A stretch of DNA of 64,000 bases from Porphyridium purpureum (taxonomy: Eukaryota): assembly GCA_008690995.1 (NCBI GenBank), contig VRMN01000001.1:1426001-1490000 (forward strand). The letters run 5' to 3'. Below are positions 31,824-42,421 of this stretch, in pieces. The notes under the pieces were generated by a model that did not search any database, was not told the DNA's origin, and was given only the letters and a program-made list of their open reading frames with translations. The translations under genes and the position numbers were made by a program. Each line of letters starts with the position of its first letter. The stretch's first letter is position 1.

Positions 31824-32030
31824 CTAAGAGTTTCCGCCCGATAGCGCAACCTTGAGCAGCTGAAAAACAGATGAGCCAACGACTAGAAACACCAGCATAC
31901 CAACAAGCCATGGCCCGATTGCCGGGCCGTCATCTTTTTCCTGAAGCTTGAGAGCTGCGCTACCGCGCTTGGTCACGTTACTCTCAAACTTTTGCTGCGC
32001 GAGCTGCGCCTTGCGCGCGCGATTCACCAT
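31824..32030 (-). CDS. Stress-associated ER protein RAMP4/SERP1
   Basis: KFESNVTKRG, GPWLVGMLVFLVVGSSVFQ tail anchor. Confidence 0.88.
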   Translation of the reverse strand: MVNRARKAQLAQQKFESNVTKRGSAALKLQEKDDGPAIGPWLVGMLVFLVVGSSVFQLLKVALSGGNS

Positions 32031-32246
32031 CTCGATCGTTCGATCCTGCGCGGACCAGCCTACTGAAAAAAACGCCAACGAAAAGACCTAGGTAAAGCAA
32101 CACAATGACCGGCACGACCGCGTGCTTACCAACACCGATTCGCTACGTTCTCGTTCCTTCCGCACAACACACGCCTCCTTGTCCGTCTCGTTTGGGAATG
32201 ACTGACTTGCAAGGGACGCGCGACGAGCTTTCGGTGGCTGAACGAC

Positions 32247-34301
32247 ATGAACGGTATGGAACCGCCGGAGCGCGCGAATCGAGATGACGCAACGCTTTTC
32301 CATAGCCAGGGCTCACAGTGCGGTGCGTCTTGCTGCGCTTGGGTCAATGAGTGGGCGGGCTCTGCGACACAGGTGGCCACGCGCGTGTTAGAGAACCGCG
32401 CGCGGCGTGGCGACGAGCTTGGCGCACCCGACTGTCGAGATGCGGATGAATGCTGTGAACACGGAGATCTTGTCACATGGCTGGACGCGCTCCTTGCCGA
32501 TGGCGAGCAGAGCGATGGCAGCAACGAATGTCAACGCAAGGACGAGACGGGTGAGACTCTTGAGCAGGAGCGTGAGCGTGTCTGGGCTGTGTTGGAAGCA
32601 GAGTACGAGCTGATAAGCTGTGTTTCTCAAATATGGCGCGCAGGCTACCACACTGTTGCACTGCAGATTCCAGACTCCGACTTGTCGCATGCGCCGTTTC
32701 TGTATGCTGCACTTCTTGCACTTCACGGGGATCTGCAATCATGGATCGCGGCCAAGAAGTGCGCGCAAGCAAGCGCAGAAAGCGGCTCGGAGAACCCATG
32801 CGCCGGACAAGCAAGCGCAGACTTGCATGCAGAAGCGACAGGAAGTGAAGGAGGAGTTGAAGCAGCAGACCGCATGACACCCTTTCGCGTTTTTGTGCTG
32901 GCGGACACGTCATATGGGGAATGCTGCGTCGACCAGGTGGCAGCTTCTCACTTGCAAGCGGACGCACTGATTCACTATGGCCGAACATGCTTATCGCGCG
33001 TCCAGGCACTCGATGTGCGTTACGTTCTGCCAAAGTACATCCATCCTAGCTTTCCACGCGCAGACGAAACGAGGTTGTCGGATTTGAGCTTACGCGCATC
33101 CCTTGCGATGGACCGCGAGCTTGTTTCTCGCATGGGACATCGCATCTGCTCTACATGTCGTGATTTAGGGGACCAGGAAGGAGACCACGAGCTTGTAGTC
33201 TTTCTTGAGCTCCCACTCGTGCGGCTCCTGCCCGCGTTGCGTTCTGAACTGTCCGGCGAGCTGCATCTTCGTGGTGAGGATATGCAAAGCAGATTCATCG
33301 CATGTGCGACTCCTTCGCAAGATTCGCCCAAGCACATTGGCGCACAGCCTTCAACGGTTCATGTCTCGTTTGCCGCGCCGAGCCAAGTCATTTCAGAGTT
33401 CGTGCGTTGTGAGAAGCGACAGGACGAGAGGGAGAAGGCCCGTCGTGATGAATATGATTCGGGTGCGGGTCCGTACCGTGTGTGCGTGAAAGCAGGAGCA
33501 GTTATTTTGTGGATTGGAATTGACGCCGAGTCTGTGGCGCTCCGTAATCTAGTGTTTCGATACAGTGATCACACGATTGAGCTGTGCTTCCCCGTGATCG
33601 GCACAAGCCTAGGCGCACTGAGCAGCTCGGCTGAGACCCAACAGGGGGAGGAGCACACTGCGTACTTGTCACGCGTGCGCCGAGCATTGAAACGGCGCAA
33701 GTATGTGCTAAGCAAAGCGGTCAGTGCAGAGCGCATCGGAATCTTAGCCGGCACCCTAGCCGTTCACCATGCGCAGGATGTGATTGAGCTTTGTAAACGG
33801 TGCATCGTGTCCAGTGGACGGCGAGCGTACGTTTTACTAGTCGGCAAACCGAACGTGGCCAAGCTGGCAAATTTCCCCGAGTTGGATGCATTTGTGCTGA
33901 TTGCGTGTCCAGAGTCGTCGCTCTTGGACCACGACGCGGAGTATTTGCAGCCGGTTATCACGCCATTTGAATTGGACGCGGTACTGGGGGCGCCGGATGA
34001 CCTCGTGCTGAAGCTCGCAAATTACACTCTTGACTTGGAGCATGTATTGCGGAATGCGAGTACCAGCGTTGAGATTTCTGCTCCGGCTGTGGATGCTGAA
34101 GAAGATGATGAGGGGGCGCAGCAACAGCAGCTTGCGGCGAGGGCAAGTACCACGCTTTCCGTGGTCGGGGGCTCGTCCGCTGCCGAGTACTTGAATCGAA
34201 AGTCTTGGAAGGGCGTCGCATTTACCGAACCGGAGCTGGTGCCGACTAAGGCTGTGCAAGGCCGAAGTGGTATAGCCATGGACTATCACGAAACGTCGTG
34301 A
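32247..34301 (+). CDS. DPH2: Diphthamide biosynthesis protein 2
   Basis: VALQIPD, LADTSYGECCVDQVAA.H, HYGRTC, GKPNVAKLANF, IACPE, PVITPFE, GRSGIA.DY. Confidence 0.95.
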   Translation: MNGMEPPERANRDDATLFHSQGSQCGASCCAWVNEWAGSATQVATRVLENRARRGDELGAPDCRDADECCEHGDLVTWLDALLADGEQSDGSNECQRKDETGETLEQERERVWAVLEAEYELISCVSQIWRAGYHTVALQIPDSDLSHAPFLYAALLALHGDLQSWIAAKKCAQASAESGSENPCAGQASADLHAEATGSEGGVEAADRMTPFRVFVLADTSYGECCVDQVAASHLQADALIHYGRTCLSRVQALDVRYVLPKYIHPSFPRADETRLSDLSLRASLAMDRELVSRMGHRICSTCRDLGDQEGDHELVVFLELPLVRLLPALRSELSGELHLRGEDMQSRFIACATPSQDSPKHIGAQPSTVHVSFAAPSQVISEFVRCEKRQDEREKARRDEYDSGAGPYRVCVKAGAVILWIGIDAESVALRNLVFRYSDHTIELCFPVIGTSLGALSSSAETQQGEEHTAYLSRVRRALKRRKYVLSKAVSAERIGILAGTLAVHHAQDVIELCKRCIVSSGRRAYVLLVGKPNVAKLANFPELDAFVLIACPESSLLDHDAEYLQPVITPFELDAVLGAPDDLVLKLANYTLDLEHVLRNASTSVEISAPAVDAEEDDEGAQQQQLAARASTTLSVVGGSSAAEYLNRKSWKGVAFTEPELVPTKAVQGRSGIAMDYHETS

Positions 34302-34372
34302 AGACGAGGGATAGCGTGATATGATTTCCGAATAAATGTCGTTGGGAGCTAGGATGTCTTCTTCCTTTGTGC

Positions 34373-34396
34373 CTCTCTCTCTCTCTCTCTCTCTCT
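34373..34396. repeat. (CT)12 microsatellite
   Basis: Read directly. Confidence 0.95.
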
Positions 34397-34582
34397 GTCT
34401 CTGCGGATTTTCCAACAACTACCGTCAATCGAGTTCAGCGGATGTCGACTTCCATAAACCAAGACACCGACTTTGCTCCGAATTCAAACATAATGAAACC
34501 TGTTCTCGTCGCATCGTCCCCTGCACGATCTTCGTTGTTGAAGTGCCTCAACCAGAGAGTGACATTCACGTATCTATGGAGC

Positions 34583-35644
34583 TTACGCGTCGCCAATGAT
34601 GGATGACTCCATGGCGGCTTCGACCTGAGGTAAAATGGCGTCCAGCTCGTCCTTCTCGGGAACATAGTACGCATTCTCGACACCATTTGCCACATCGCGC
34701 GGTAACGGTCGCGCCACAAATAGCACAGGATCCAAAGGCTTGCACACCATGTACTCGACATTTTTGTGGTAGAATTCAAACAGCACCTCGACATCCTCAT
34801 TGCTGTCCTCAAAAGACTCGTCGTCATCGTCCGAGAAGGCATTCTCGCCCTGCTCCAAGTCTGACTCACTGTCTTCATACTCGCCGACGTCGTCCTCGTA
34901 TCCCGCCAACGTCATGACGTACGCCGAACGGGTGAGGATCATGTCGCTCTCCGACGCGATGGCGTACGCGACGGGAAACAGCTCGTTGATCTTTTCCTCG
35001 TCCTCAATGGCTATCAGCTCTTGCTCAAATCCACCGGGCGCGCTGGTGAGTGTCGCAATCACCACTGGCTGGTCCAGCGGGTAGCACACTGCATACCCGA
35101 CGCCATTCAGTTCCACCACTTGATTCACGTAGCAGTCGAGTTCGCGCCCAGTGTCGAGGTCAATGATGCGCGCATTTGTCTCATCGTCCAGCGGGTCGTG
35201 GTCGTCAAACTCATCGCCCACGTCGGACTCGTACATGGCTTCTTCCCGCTCGCTGTTGGTGCGCTCCGTATCGCTATCGTCCGAAATCGCAAGGTCATCA
35301 CTCCTCCGCCGCAGTTGCTTCTTGCTCTGCTGCTTATTCTGGCTCTGACGATTTTGGTTTTGGTTGCCCTCTGCGGCAGGGCCCAAATCGATGTTTGACG
35401 CGCGACAGTGCACCAGGATGGGTGGCCGGAGAACAAGGCAATCATGTTGTCTGCACCGTCGCGGGAGAGTTGAAAGATACGAGCCCCCGCGCTGCTGTCT
35501 AACACCCACACGCGGCTGCGGTGACCAGTACTCACCGTGCATTTGCACATGTGTGCCAGTCGCACGGCCCGGTTTGCTCATGCGATCCCGGCTCGCCGCC
35601 ATGCCAAATTGAGCGAGCCCCTGAAACTGAAAGCACAGCGCCAT
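34583..35644 (-). CDS. DUF3727/DUF1292-like plastid protein
   Basis: GRELDCYV, Y....PLDQPV, L.RSAY.MTL.G, F..NVEY....PLDP.LFVA; possible short intron near 35535 (GTGAGT on minus strand). Confidence 0.75.
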   Translation of the reverse strand: MALCFQFQGLAQFGMAASRDRMSKPGRATGTHVQMHGEYWSPQPRVGVRQQRGGSYLSTLPRRCRQHDCLVLRPPILVHCRASNIDLGPAAEGNQNQNRQSQNKQQSKKQLRRRSDDLAISDDSDTERTNSEREEAMYESDVGDEFDDHDPLDDETNARIIDLDTGRELDCYVNQVVELNGVGYAVCYPLDQPVVIATLTSAPGGFEQELIAIEDEEKINELFPVAYAIASESDMILTRSAYVMTLAGYEDDVGEYEDSESDLEQGENAFSDDDDESFEDSNEDVEVLFEFYHKNVEYMVCKPLDPVLFVARPLPRDVANGVENAYYVPEKDELDAILPQVEAAMESSIIGDA

Positions 35645-36382
35645 CCTGTCTGCCTACCTTACTGTCTATCTACGCGGTACGCCGCCGGCCGCGTTTGTCG
35701 AGAACCAAGCCGCCCGACTGACCTACACGCCTCCACCGGAGACCCCAACTGCCGCGCAACAACAAACAACGCACAATTGCTCGCCGCCACCGCGCAGCCC
35801 ACAAAGCAAAGAGCCTAGTCCACGCCCCCGCGCCGCCCGCCGGCTCTGAGTCCCCGTCGCGCCCCTGTCTCCCCTGGCGTCCGTCCCATCCGTGACGCTC
35901 AACCCAACTCCACGTGGCCACGCACCCCCTACTCCCCCCGCGGCTACCGCAACCCTCACCCCGCGCGCCCACCTCCACCTTCCCCATTGCATTGCAATGC
36001 GTGTTTCGTGTTATTCTAGAATAACCTCGTGCTATTCTAAATGGACCATGCGCGCGCATTACATGCCATCACGCGCGCACAGACGCACGTGCAGTGGTGT
36101 ACAGCTGGGTCCAGCAGCGCAACGGCCGCGCACTGTACTTCTAGGGTTTGTGATGACGTAACCCTACAGAACCTCGAGGTTCAGTGGGTTCAGTGGACGG
36201 ACAGATGGACGGGCGGACGGACGCGTGCGTTGCGACATGCGGTGAGGGGAAGGCCGAGGTCGTGAAGGTGGTGAAGGGGCGTGATTGGCGACGGTGTGGT
36301 TGCTTCGCGCGTGCCGGTGTGGCGCGCGGGAGGGTGGAATCTGGGGTCCGGCGTGCTTGTGTGCGCGCGTGATTTTTTTTGA

Positions 36383-37678
36383 ATGGGGAAGGATATTGTG
36401 TGCGAGCAGTGCGAGAAGCGCGTGCTGGTCATCTACGGCTGGCACGTTAGTGGTGCCGACGAGTCGTTCTACGTCAAAGCGTTACTGTCCTCGGACGTTT
36501 GGGAACGCTACCGAGTGCATGTCGTCACGCAGTCGTTTCAGTATGGAGAGGACCTGGCCGTGGTGGAGCGCATCCGGCAGCAGCTGGCGCTGGCAGACGG
36601 CCACAGCGATGATGCATTTGACGCCGTTGTGCTGTGCGACCTGTCCGACTATGAGATTTTCGGCACGGTAATCCACCACCTGGGTGTGGCGCTGCAGCAG
36701 TTCGTCTATGCCGGTGGGCGCGCGTGCTTCCCTACGACGGAGGGGCTCTTACTGGTTCCGCTGCTCAAGACACTGTTTTGGAAGGACGATGAGCAGGGCG
36801 CAGGCGCATGCTGGGAGCCGGGCTCGTATGGTCGGGGTTTGTGGGTCACAAACGCCGCGTGCACTCCGCAGCTCACCGAGGCGTTTGGTCAGGCTCCAGC
36901 TGTGGACCTTGGCGAGCTTCAGCACGTGCAGCACTATGGCAAGGCATCCTACCTCACGCACGTACCCCCGCACGAGCGCTGCCTCTTTGTTCTGCCTGCG
37001 CGCGAGCAGTATGGTCGTGATGATTTTGGCGACGAAGAAGAAGATGATGACGACGACGACGACGAGGACGACGAGGAGGAGGGTGATGACGACGACCTAG
37101 ATGAAGACGCTCAGCATGGCCTTGAGCGTGCGGAGGACGAGGACGAGGAGGAGGAGGAAGACGAGGAAGACGAGGAAGACGAGGAAGACGATGAGGAAGA
37201 GGACGACGACAACAACTACAACGACGCCGAAGATGATGACGAAGACAATGATCACGGCAGCGATCAAAATATCGATGTACATAATCTGCTCCCGTTGCTT
37301 AGCGGCTTCGATGCGATGGCGAGCCACCCGGCGGCGGATAGTCCCTCGGATGAGGACGACAGTGAGGACGACGAAGAGCGTGAAAACCAGCTAGTGGCTG
37401 AGGCCCTTCGTGGGCCTGTCCACTTGAATCTGTATGATCAATACGATGCGTTGAGAAGGCGGGAATGGAGGCTGAGACAGCAGCTTCCCATACCTCGCGT
37501 ACCACAGGCGCATGAGGGCTTACCTCGAGACGATACCATCGATGGCGACGATGAATCAAGAACGCTCTGCGTCGTTGCAGTACATAAGTACGGCCGCGGT
37601 AGTATCAGCTATTTTGGAGATGTCAATTGCGAGAGTATGACTGCGGACCTGATTGCCTGGTTCTGCGTGTCTGGCTGA
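36383..37678 (+). CDS. Hypothetical alpha/beta protein split by a long acidic insertion
   Basis: FDAVVLCD, FVYAGG and C-terminal GRGSISYFGDVN.E flank a D/E tract (~37020-37255); GATase/ThuA-like fold is inference. Confidence 0.7.
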   Translation: MGKDIVCEQCEKRVLVIYGWHVSGADESFYVKALLSSDVWERYRVHVVTQSFQYGEDLAVVERIRQQLALADGHSDDAFDAVVLCDLSDYEIFGTVIHHLGVALQQFVYAGGRACFPTTEGLLLVPLLKTLFWKDDEQGAGACWEPGSYGRGLWVTNAACTPQLTEAFGQAPAVDLGELQHVQHYGKASYLTHVPPHERCLFVLPAREQYGRDDFGDEEEDDDDDDDEDDEEEGDDDDLDEDAQHGLERAEDEDEEEEEDEEDEEDEEDDEEEDDDNNYNDAEDDDEDNDHGSDQNIDVHNLLPLLSGFDAMASHPAADSPSDEDDSEDDEERENQLVAEALRGPVHLNLYDQYDALRRREWRLRQQLPIPRVPQAHEGLPRDDTIDGDDESRTLCVVAVHKYGRGSISYFGDVNCESMTADLIAWFCVSG

Positions 37679-37912
37679 GATACGAAAAGAGCGCGATGGG
37701 TCACTTTTAATTGCCCAGGCGCAAGGCAAGCCGATTTCATCGTGCGCGGCCGAATGCAGCTCAAAGTCTGCGTTAGTCTGTCCAAGCTCAGATTCTGTGA
37801 TGTGTTTGTCTTTTGTAAATCAAGCAGATCGCGTGTATGTATCTGCGGCCATGGGCGCGCGTAATCAGTCTCATTGATCCTGTCATGAGCTTTTCTATCA
37901 TGCTTCCAGTCG

Positions 37913-39427
37913 CTAAGGAGCGCGCAAAATTTGCTCGGCGGCGCGAAGTCCAGATTCAATGGCTCCATTAAGCGTGGGCGTCGAGCGGCAGTCGCCACAC
38001 ACATATACACCCAGCTCTTCGCACAGAACAGGTTGAAGGAATGACGTATTTGGTGGCTGCTGTCCAGGCTGCGCGTGCGGAATGCGATACGCTCGCAGAA
38101 ACTCCCAGTCGCGCACCGCGTCAGCACCGAACCAGCCCTCCATTTGTTTGCGGACGAGCGGTTCGCTCTGTTGCTCCCACGTCGATTGTGGTTGCCGCAT
38201 CATCTTTTCATCACACGGCATACTCACTGACACCAGTGTCTTCCCTTTCGGCGCGTAAGATGGAGCAATCATACTAGGAAATAGCACGTTGTTCACAAGT
38301 TCAGGGCTTTTGCCTTCACGCCGTCCCGGACTATTACCGTTCAAGTAGAATGTGGGTTCCGTGGGCAGCCCAGTGCGCCCACTGCTCGTACCCGAGGCCG
38401 AAAAGTACATACAAGCCACACCGCGCCATAATAAAGGTCGTGCTGTGAAGCCAGGTGCATTCTGGCCCAAAAGCCGCTCCGATTCCGCGCCATCCGTCGC
38501 TACCACGACATGCTGAGCGGACAGCCGCCGCCCATCGCGCAAGAAAACCTGTGTGGCCGTGACTTCTTCCACAGCGCTGTTCAACTCAATGCGTACGCCG
38601 GGCGTATGAGCCAGCTGTTCTGGGATCGCCTGAATGCCTGCGCCGGGGAGCGACGCTGGCGCGTCTGTAAAAATGCGCATGATGTACTCAAACATGGTCG
38701 AGCTCTGCTCTTCCAAGTCACTCAAAAACACGCCATACAAAAATGGCCGAAAGAAGCGATCAATCATGCTTGCCGAGAATCCAAACTGCTGCAAATACTG
38801 CAGCGTCGAAGTTTCACTCTGGTTGCGTTCGAGCAACGCATGCACATCTGTAAATTGAAGCATGGTGCGCAGTCGGCCCACTTGCAGTTTGTCACCCAGC
38901 GATCCAATCGGCGTTAGCAGCGTCGATAGTGTGTCCTGGGGCCTTCGCACGGGGTCAGAGACCTGGTAGCGCTTGCCATCAAACACGACGGCCGCACCGG
39001 GCAAGAAACGGTGCAGGTCGAGTGCAGAGTAGTCCAGCACCTGGCGTGCTGCTGGGTAACCCTCAATCAGAATCTGAAAGCCTCGATCTAGTACAAAACC
39101 ATCCACCAGGTCCGAGCGCACGCGTCCGCCTACACCGTCTGAAGCCTCCAACACCAGCACGTTTTTCGACGCCTGCGCGAGCCGCTTTGCCGCGGCAAGA
39201 CCCGCCATCCCAGCGCCCACAATGATCACGTCTGCGTCGCCCGATGCGCCAGACGAGCGTGTCGACTCTGCCTTCACTCTGCCCGCAATGCCACGACGCG
39301 CACTAGCGCGGCGGGCCTGGCGCGGCCTCCGCGATGGCGCCGCGCGTCCATCGCACCGATGCGCGACATCCGCTGCGCTTGCCCGCTGCAGCATAGGCGT
39401 GGGCGGCGCTGCACAGAATGCTGCCAT
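37913..39427 (-). CDS. FAD-dependent oxidoreductase (amine oxidase/PPO-like family), probably plastid
   Basis: IIVGAGMAGL, LEASDGVGGRVRSD, GFVLDRGFQ, YVCGD...TLNGAIESG; MAAF transit-peptide start. Confidence 0.93.
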   Translation of the reverse strand: MAAFCAAPPTPMLQRASAADVAHRCDGRAAPSRRPRQARRASARRGIAGRVKAESTRSSGASGDADVIIVGAGMAGLAAAKRLAQASKNVLVLEASDGVGGRVRSDLVDGFVLDRGFQILIEGYPAARQVLDYSALDLHRFLPGAAVVFDGKRYQVSDPVRRPQDTLSTLLTPIGSLGDKLQVGRLRTMLQFTDVHALLERNQSETSTLQYLQQFGFSASMIDRFFRPFLYGVFLSDLEEQSSTMFEYIMRIFTDAPASLPGAGIQAIPEQLAHTPGVRIELNSAVEEVTATQVFLRDGRRLSAQHVVVATDGAESERLLGQNAPGFTARPLLWRGVACMYFSASGTSSGRTGLPTEPTFYLNGNSPGRREGKSPELVNNVLFPSMIAPSYAPKGKTLVSVSMPCDEKMMRQPQSTWEQQSEPLVRKQMEGWFGADAVRDWEFLRAYRIPHAQPGQQPPNTSFLQPVLCEELGVYVCGDCRSTPTLNGAIESGLRAAEQILRAP

Positions 39428-39548
39428 GCTATCAGCCGAGCTCTGCCCGCTTCCGCCAACGCGCACGAGACACATGCGGCGACGCAACCGCACTGGTCCC
39501 AGCTGCGGAGAAAAGATCCTCGATCCGTGAGCCGCGCGAGATCGCTCG

Positions 39549-39665
39549 CTCAAACCGCTCAAACCGCTCAAACCGCTCAAACCGCTCAAACCGCTCAAAC
39601 CGCTCAAACCGCTCAAACCGCTCAAACCGCTCAAACCGCTCAAACCGCTCAAACCGCTCAAACCG
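39549..39665. repeat. Perfect 9-bp tandem repeat (CTCAAACCG)x13
   Basis: Read directly, 117 bp. Confidence 0.97.
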
Positions 39666-39693
39666 TTTTCGGATTTGGTCGTTTGCTTCATCA

Positions 39694-40707
39694 TTAACCG
39701 TTTACTGGTTGGACCGCTTTAAAACGGGCGAGATGCGTCTGCACAGCAAGGCGCGCGAGCTCTGGGCTCAATTCCTTGACCAGCGCGCCGTCAATCTCGA
39801 GCGTCGGTGCCGAGCCCTTGCACTTGTCGAGACACTTCGCCTCGCACACGCGCACCTGGTTCTGATTCAGCGTCTGCAAGTCCGCGAGCAGTTCACGTCC
39901 GCCATTCCTTGCACACGCCTTGCCCGTGCACACTTTCACTTCCGACACGCCAACCGCTGTTTCGTTACGTGCCAGCGTGGCAACTGGGCCTGGCAGCGTC
40001 GTGCGGCGGCCCATGTTCGCCTTGTTGTTCATGGTCATGCCATCATCCTCAGAGCAAGACGATGAGTCCGAGTCCTCGCACGCGCCTTCCTTGCCCTCAA
40101 ACTGCAGGCGCAAAAGGTCACCAATTTCCATCAGCTCGCGCTCCAGCTCGCGAAGCTTGCGGGCACTTTTTTCCATGCGCTCCATCTCTTTCTTGACGAG
40201 TTTAGTCGCCTTTTCAACTCGCTTCACGAGCGCGGACTGGGCCTTGCGGTCCATTTTTGCTGTGTCACGTTTCTGTTCGTCCGCAATGGGCCGCTCTCCT
40301 GCCAGTGCTGGTGAGACTGACGCATCGACACTGGCCTCTTCCGTCGCCGCTGGGGCGCCACGCACGGCCATGTCGGGTTTTGACATTGCCGCTGGCTCTG
40401 CCGCACGTCGGCCGTCCAGAGTACCTGTCGCCGGGCCGCGCTCAACCCGCACGTACGCACTGGCCGTCTGCGCGAAAAGAGCGTCAAACTCGCTCTGAAG
40501 TTGTGAACGCTGCGCTTCTGCGCCCTCCGAGCACATCTTTGCTGCGCCCGCAGAGTAGCGACGCGACGCAGAGCTCCACACCGTTGCGCGCCTGGAGCGA
40601 GCCGCCACAGCAGCGAGCGGGGCGTGGCGAGACGCGCCCGCAGGCTCAGGTGCTGCGAGGGACGGCGTGAGCGTCCCCCAACTTGCGGAAAATGCAAACG
40701 CCTCCAT
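39694..40707 (-). CDS. Thioredoxin-like [2Fe-2S] ferredoxin-domain protein, DGAT3-like
   Basis: Coiled coil, Ser tract DSDSSSCSE, VCTGKAC...G..LL and AKCLDKC..P four-Cys motif; MEAF transit-like start. Confidence 0.72.
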   Translation of the reverse strand: MEAFAFSASWGTLTPSLAAPEPAGASRHAPLAAVAARSRRATVWSSASRRYSAGAAKMCSEGAEAQRSQLQSEFDALFAQTASAYVRVERGPATGTLDGRRAAEPAAMSKPDMAVRGAPAATEEASVDASVSPALAGERPIADEQKRDTAKMDRKAQSALVKRVEKATKLVKKEMERMEKSARKLRELERELMEIGDLLRLQFEGKEGACEDSDSSSCSEDDGMTMNNKANMGRRTTLPGPVATLARNETAVGVSEVKVCTGKACARNGGRELLADLQTLNQNQVRVCEAKCLDKCKGSAPTLEIDGALVKELSPELARLAVQTHLARFKAVQPVNG

Positions 40708-40835
40708 GTCTCTTACCCTTGGCCCTTCCTCTTCCTCGGCCCGTCTTCTCCCCTTCCAACCCGTCGAGGGTCGCCAATGTTTCCGCTGTGCTGCCAAATG
40801 CTCGTGGAACGGAGACTGGCGGATTTCTTCCTTTA

Positions 40836-41717
40836 TTACTCGGAGCGTGCTCGCATGAACTGGTCATGTTCCTCGACGGCGCGAATAAAGCCAGAACCAA
40901 TGACTGCTGTCGGAATGGCAAAGAACGCGACGCCGGCAAGGGCAATGCACGCCGCTACAATGCGGCCGGGCGTCGTAAACTCGGTGATTGGGAACTCGCC
41001 CGTGAGCATGACAAGCGTGGGAAACATGCTGTCTGGGATGGACTGGAAGTAGACTGCCGTCTCGGGATTGTAGCGCTCCAAATAGTACATGATGACAGAG
41101 AACACCATCAACACGATGCCCGCATAATACGCGCACGCCACCAGCAGCGTGCCGTTCTCCTTGAGCACGATTTCCAGTAGCGAGAACGCTTGGAGATATT
41201 TCTCGGCCTTCAAAAGGCGAGCGAGCCGCAGAGCTCGCAAAGTGGTGCTGAAGCGCACGTGTCGTATAACTCCGAATAGCGCAAGGTAGAACGGAAGAAT
41301 CGCAAACAGGTCGATCAGCGCATACCCGTTGGACATGTACTTGAGGCGGCCGAGCACCGGGCCGTGACGACCGTACTCTTGTTCATTCTCGACGCAGCAC
41401 CACAGGCGCAAGACGTACTCGAGCGAAAACAGCGCAACCGACACGATCTCAAAGACGCTAAACACCCCGACGAAGGCGTCGCTGAGCGTGACGCAGCGCT
41501 TCGTGCCAACGCACAACATATCATGCCCCGGCTTGCCACTCGCCTTGGATCCATCATCCACTACCAACGTGCCAACCACGAACATGACCACGTTCAGCAC
41601 GATCAGCACCATCATCGCATACTCGGCCCAGCTATCAAACTCACCGTCCACGAGCTCGTACATCTTCGCGCGCATCGTGCGCCGATCCGCGCGGCGCGAC
41701 GTCGTCGACGCGTCCAT
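40836..41717 (-). CDS. 6TM voltage-gated ion channel subunit with a non-canonical filter
   Basis: S2 FSLEYVLRLW, S3 LIDLFAILPFY, S4 LRALRLARLLK, pore FQSIPDSM...LTGEFP, S6 FFAIPTAVIGSGF. Confidence 0.9.
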   Translation of the reverse strand: MDASTTSRRADRRTMRAKMYELVDGEFDSWAEYAMMVLIVLNVVMFVVGTLVVDDGSKASGKPGHDMLCVGTKRCVTLSDAFVGVFSVFEIVSVALFSLEYVLRLWCCVENEQEYGRHGPVLGRLKYMSNGYALIDLFAILPFYLALFGVIRHVRFSTTLRALRLARLLKAEKYLQAFSLLEIVLKENGTLLVACAYYAGIVLMVFSVIMYYLERYNPETAVYFQSIPDSMFPTLVMLTGEFPITEFTTPGRIVAACIALAGVAFFAIPTAVIGSGFIRAVEEHDQFMRARSE

Positions 41718-42421
41718 CCCGAGCCCAAGCCTTGCCCCAGCAACTTTCGTCCGCGCAATCCCCTCGCTTCCGTCGCTGCGCACACCCCACGCTGGCGACC
41801 CTGCCGATACGCACGGCGCCGTGCCACCACTCCGCAACGCGCCACCGACACCAGCCGCGTCCTTGATTGGGCGCGCTTTCAGTTGTCGTACTTTTCGCGC
41901 TTAGACTCGGCAAGCAGGGATTGGCCGCGGTGCAGAGAAGAGGACTGCCGCTTGTGAGCGCAGAGCCGGTGCGTTGCGCTTTCATGTAGGTGCAGTGTGC
42001 TTCTCGCGAGTGGTATTGAAGGTTGAGATTGCGGCTATCGGATAAGCACTTGGGCGGGTACGCGAGAACCTATCGAGTGCGCCAGCGATCGAGCTTGTGC
42101 AACTTTTGTGAACATCACGATTCGTGCAGAGTACCACAGAGCAGTTGACAATGGACATGCGTTCGGGCAGTGCGTCAAAGCAAGCGCATCACAGCCATAC
42201 CTGGCGTGTTGCTCATGAGCCCTTCTATAGAAGGTCCAGATCAGGAAAGACAAAGTTCTAGTCTTCACGTACGTGTGCTCGAACCTGTCCCTGTCAAAGT
42301 TCACCATCTGAGCATTGCAGATTTTCAATACAGGAAAATTTTGTGACGCATTCCTTTTCTTGTCGTGGCCGGTCTCTGGCACCCGGAGGGCTGACTTCCA
42401 GTTGCCTCCTTCTGAGAAGCG

